NCBI RefSeq assembly: GCF_000002075.1
Contig: NW_004797502.1
Location: forward strand, 207,339-271,338
From: Aplysia californica
Taxonomy: Eukaryota
Reading direction: 5' to 3'
DNA: 64,000 bases
Below are positions 61,031-64,000 of the stretch, piece by piece. Positions within the stretch are counted from its first letter, which is position 1. Every line of letters begins with the position of its first letter. A program made the position numbers and the translations under genes. Below the pieces are notes generated by a model. It was not told the origin of the DNA. It saw only the letters and a list, made by a program, of their open reading frames with translations, and ran no database searches.

Positions 61031-63021
61031 TACGAATTTGGATAAGATATATCAAAGTATGTATGTTGTTGCCTGCCTTTTAAAGCTTTTAGATAAAGCA
61101 AATCTGCAGGGATAACGAAGTAATGGACGTCTTCACCAAGTGTTGTCGAACGACAACCGGGCGTATGAAGCTTAGAGGCTCTTATTTATGGACCGTTCTT
61201 GAACTGGATTGTTTTGGGGGGAGTTTTCAACGTTCTCCACTCACTTGGCTAGGTCTTTTCAGAGATGGACGATAAATTCCGAGATAGTGCCTCTTTAAAA
61301 AAACACATACAATGTCGAAAGGGACGTTGAACCTATACTACTATCAAAACTTCAACTGCACTCCACCCATTTTGCTTGGTCCAGCCGACGACGTACATTC
61401 AATTCTGAAGTCCCTCCTTAAATAGACGACTTTACAGTGGTAAAAAGGGCGTTAAACCCATAAGATACCAACCCCATCCTTGCAGTGGTATGCTCTCATG
61501 CCCTTGGTATCAAAGTCAGAGAACACACCTACGCATTTGTTCTCACAATGCTGGGAGATTCCGAGTTCAATCACTCTGAATCCTCTGAAAAACTTTTATA
61601 GTTCTCGAATACTGACCCAACCCTATCACAGATGACGATAAGGCAAAAGTGCATTCTCTTAAATAATCGAAACTTGACGAAAGGCTGGAGTCAAACGTCA
61701 GCAAACTATTTCAATTTCCACAGATAAACCTGTAAGCTCCAAATACTTTCAGATAGCCCCAATATCACTGCCACGGCCAGTCGAGATTTCATCTTGGCCG
61801 ATACAAAGAGGTTCTTGGACGTAAGGATATAAGACGGCTTAGCGTCAGGGGTCGCTTATCTGGTTAGTCGCGGCCCCTTCTGTTTAGAATCCTCGTGTCT
61901 TCAACCGTACGTCAAATGCAGCCTCAATAAACACTGCCCACGCTCTGCGGGGTAGATCTATATATACGAGGCCACCCGTCATTTCCCTGTCGATTTTGGA
62001 AATGTAATTTGCAAGAAGAGGTTAACAAGGCTGTTGACTGGCAGAGAGATTGCCCCCAGGTTGTGGGGAAATTTGCTGTCGCTCTTGGCTGGTGTACAGG
62101 TCAAGTCATCTCTGCACAGAAGCATCTATTTTTTGCAGTGAAGGTGAGTCATTTACAGTAANNNNNNNNNNNNNNNNNNNNNNNNNNNNNNNNNNNNNNN
62201 NNNNNNNNNNNNNNNNNNNNNNNNNNNNNNNNNNNNNNNNNNNNNNNNNNNNNNNNNNNNNNNNNNNNNNNNNNNNNNNNNNNNNNNNNNNNNNNNNNNN
62301 NNNNNNNNNNNNNNNGACTATGTCTACATATGGTGCCTTGTTTGAGAATACCTGTGCCATATGTACATGATGCCATGCCTTTTTATGCTCTGCTATGTCC
62401 TATGCCTACGGACCTTTTCAGAAATAGACAGCATGACGCGCTGTGAGAGCTGAGGACGAGATACAAATTGATATTTATAGTCTTTATTCAGACTGTCAAA
62501 TCGAACTTCTAGATGTGGGTCAAGGTCGTCACCTTTAGTTTTGTTATTGATCCTGCAGGTCCTTTATTTTTTTATTCGAATGCTGAAGCCCAGAGAGGAT
62601 TTCGCAATCCTCGCACATCTACAAGTAGACGTGAAGTTTTTTAATAGAATCTCAGAACGTGGCAAACATCTCTCTCTCTCTGTATTACTATTAGTCTCAT
62701 AAGTTATAGCAGGACCCACAAGTCATCTTTTACCCCTATTTTTTCTATTTCGCTCAAGAAATACGGTCCTCTGCAGATGGACTGGGCATCGTTGGAAACT
62801 GACAGACAAACTATTTATATTATAATAATATTATTGTAAACTAGTTTCTGTTATCTTTGAAATATTTTGATGTTAGGAGTTGTATCCCATTAAGAAATAC
62901 AGAGTCGTTTGTTTCTTTAAATCTTGTCCGATGCTCTTTTTTCTCTTAAATTTCTTCTGTTTTATCTTTTTTAACAGAATCTGTTTCTCTTCTCAAGTTT
63001 CAGACTCAATAGGTCGAGAAA

Positions 63022-64000
63022 ATGTCACGTGACAGTCTGCTGTCTCCCACGTGGTGTGCCACCATATTTCTCCTCATGACAACGTACGTCATCGTCTCTG
63101 CGGACCAGAAACATTTCCGGGGCGGGCACATCCACTTGAACATCACGGAAGTCCGTGGTGACAATATCACAGCCAATGTGACCATTGTCTCGGCCTGGCG
63201 ACTTGATGCATCCCCCTGTGGACCCGGCTGCTCATTCCAAGACATCGGTCTGTCCACCACCAACGCACGAGCAGACATTCTGCGCAGAAGTAGAAATGAC
63301 GACTTGTTCGGTCGTTTTGTCTTGGAGGTAAAGTCACGCGCTCCAGACCAGCCGGCTTCTTCAAGTGACATCACAGCACGTGACATCACGACTTACGTGA
63401 ACACCCATTGCAAGGGAAGGGTGTTTGACGTGAACGCGAAGGAAGGCTGGGTACAAGAAGTCTTGAAATTTAATTTGACCTTGAACCCATACACGGCATA
63501 CTTTGAAGTCATGATGAGTGGGCTGTCCTGGCCTGACTTGGCGCAAAACTGCTCTTCCCGTGGTTCCGGTTGCGGTTACCATCTGCAGAGTAGACTCCAG
63601 GTCGGTGAACGAAATGACACCGGACGTCATAACCGAGGGCCTCTGTTGTCCTACAGGCCTGTGTACCGAGTACCCGTGAACACCATCACCAACATCTCGG
63701 TCTACACATCCGACCCGGACGGTGACCTAGTTTCTTGTCGCTGGGCCCAGTACGCTGAACTGGGCGGTCTGGAACTGCCCCCAGGCGTGGAGGTCAGCCC
63801 CGAGTGTGTTCTCACCGTGAACACCAGTCGAGCGCAAGGATTTGGCAGCCCCGACTTCTTGGTAGTCCCTCTGGTGGCGGAAGAGCTTGTGACCAAGCCG
63901 TTGCGTCTGAAGAATGGCGACACCTACCGAGTGTTGGATGTGATAGGCTCGACTCAGGTCAATTTGATGATACAAGTCGTTTCGCAGCAAACAATAATTC
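63022..64000 (+). CDS. Secreted or cell-surface protein with HFRGG...RNDTG..N..P...DPDGD.V.CRW motifs (Sib / 'integrin beta-like'-type N-terminal region); runs off the window
   Basis: 326 stop-free codons from ATG 63022: MSRDSLLSPTWCATIFLLMTTYVIVSA-DQKHFRGG... Signal-peptide-like N-terminus and 8 N-glycosylation sequons. Pyrimidine-rich acceptor at 62977, candidate UTR donor AAG|GTGAGT at 62143 and TATA-like element at about 61959. Absent from the ORF track because there is no stop codon in the window. Confidence 0.8.
   Translation, partial: MSRDSLLSPTWCATIFLLMTTYVIVSADQKHFRGGHIHLNITEVRGDNITANVTIVSAWRLDASPCGPGCSFQDIGLSTTNARADILRRSRNDDLFGRFVLEVKSRAPDQPASSSDITARDITTYVNTHCKGRVFDVNAKEGWVQEVLKFNLTLNPYTAYFEVMMSGLSWPDLAQNCSSRGSGCGYHLQSRLQVGERNDTGRHNRGPLLSYRPVYRVPVNTITNISVYTSDPDGDLVSCRWAQYAELGGLELPPGVEVSPECVLTVNTSRAQGFGSPDFLVVPLVAEELVTKPLRLKNGDTYRVLDVIGSTQVNLMIQVVSQQTII

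Noticed and set aside
63006-63990. Minus-strand ORFs at the window end
   Set aside because: Shadows of the plus-strand secreted-protein CDS.

Overview
AT-rich, repeat-dense animal genomic DNA with spliceosomal introns, microsatellites and several N gaps; the repeat style suggests a mollusc or other lophotrochozoan (inference). I reconstructed by hand, checking splice sites and phases, a 29-coding-exon EFCAB6-like multi-EF-hand gene on the minus strand (38223->9536, 1551 aa). It lies head-to-head with a 10-coding-exon MFI/C11orf65-like gene on the plus strand (42104->51873, 414 aa), with a shared upstream region at about 39.1-39.6 kb. Downstream are an intronless-CDS HSL-family esterase (57640-58617) and the start of a secreted HFRGG...DPDGD protein (63022 to window end, missing from the ORF track). 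The rest is LINE debris (L2/CR1, RNase-H-bearing I-group, RTE), SINEs and at least five MITE families. Most unusual observations: four separate tandem duplications of splice sites, one creating potential in-frame 18-nt microexons; a hidden in-frame cassette-exon candidate in EFCAB6; a 334-bp bipartite RTE-derived element with a TSD and a structured 5' leader; and two adjacent genes with uninterrupted CDS and microbial-like products. I found no prokaryote-type system such as CRISPR or an operon. All family assignments come from motif recognition, not database searches.
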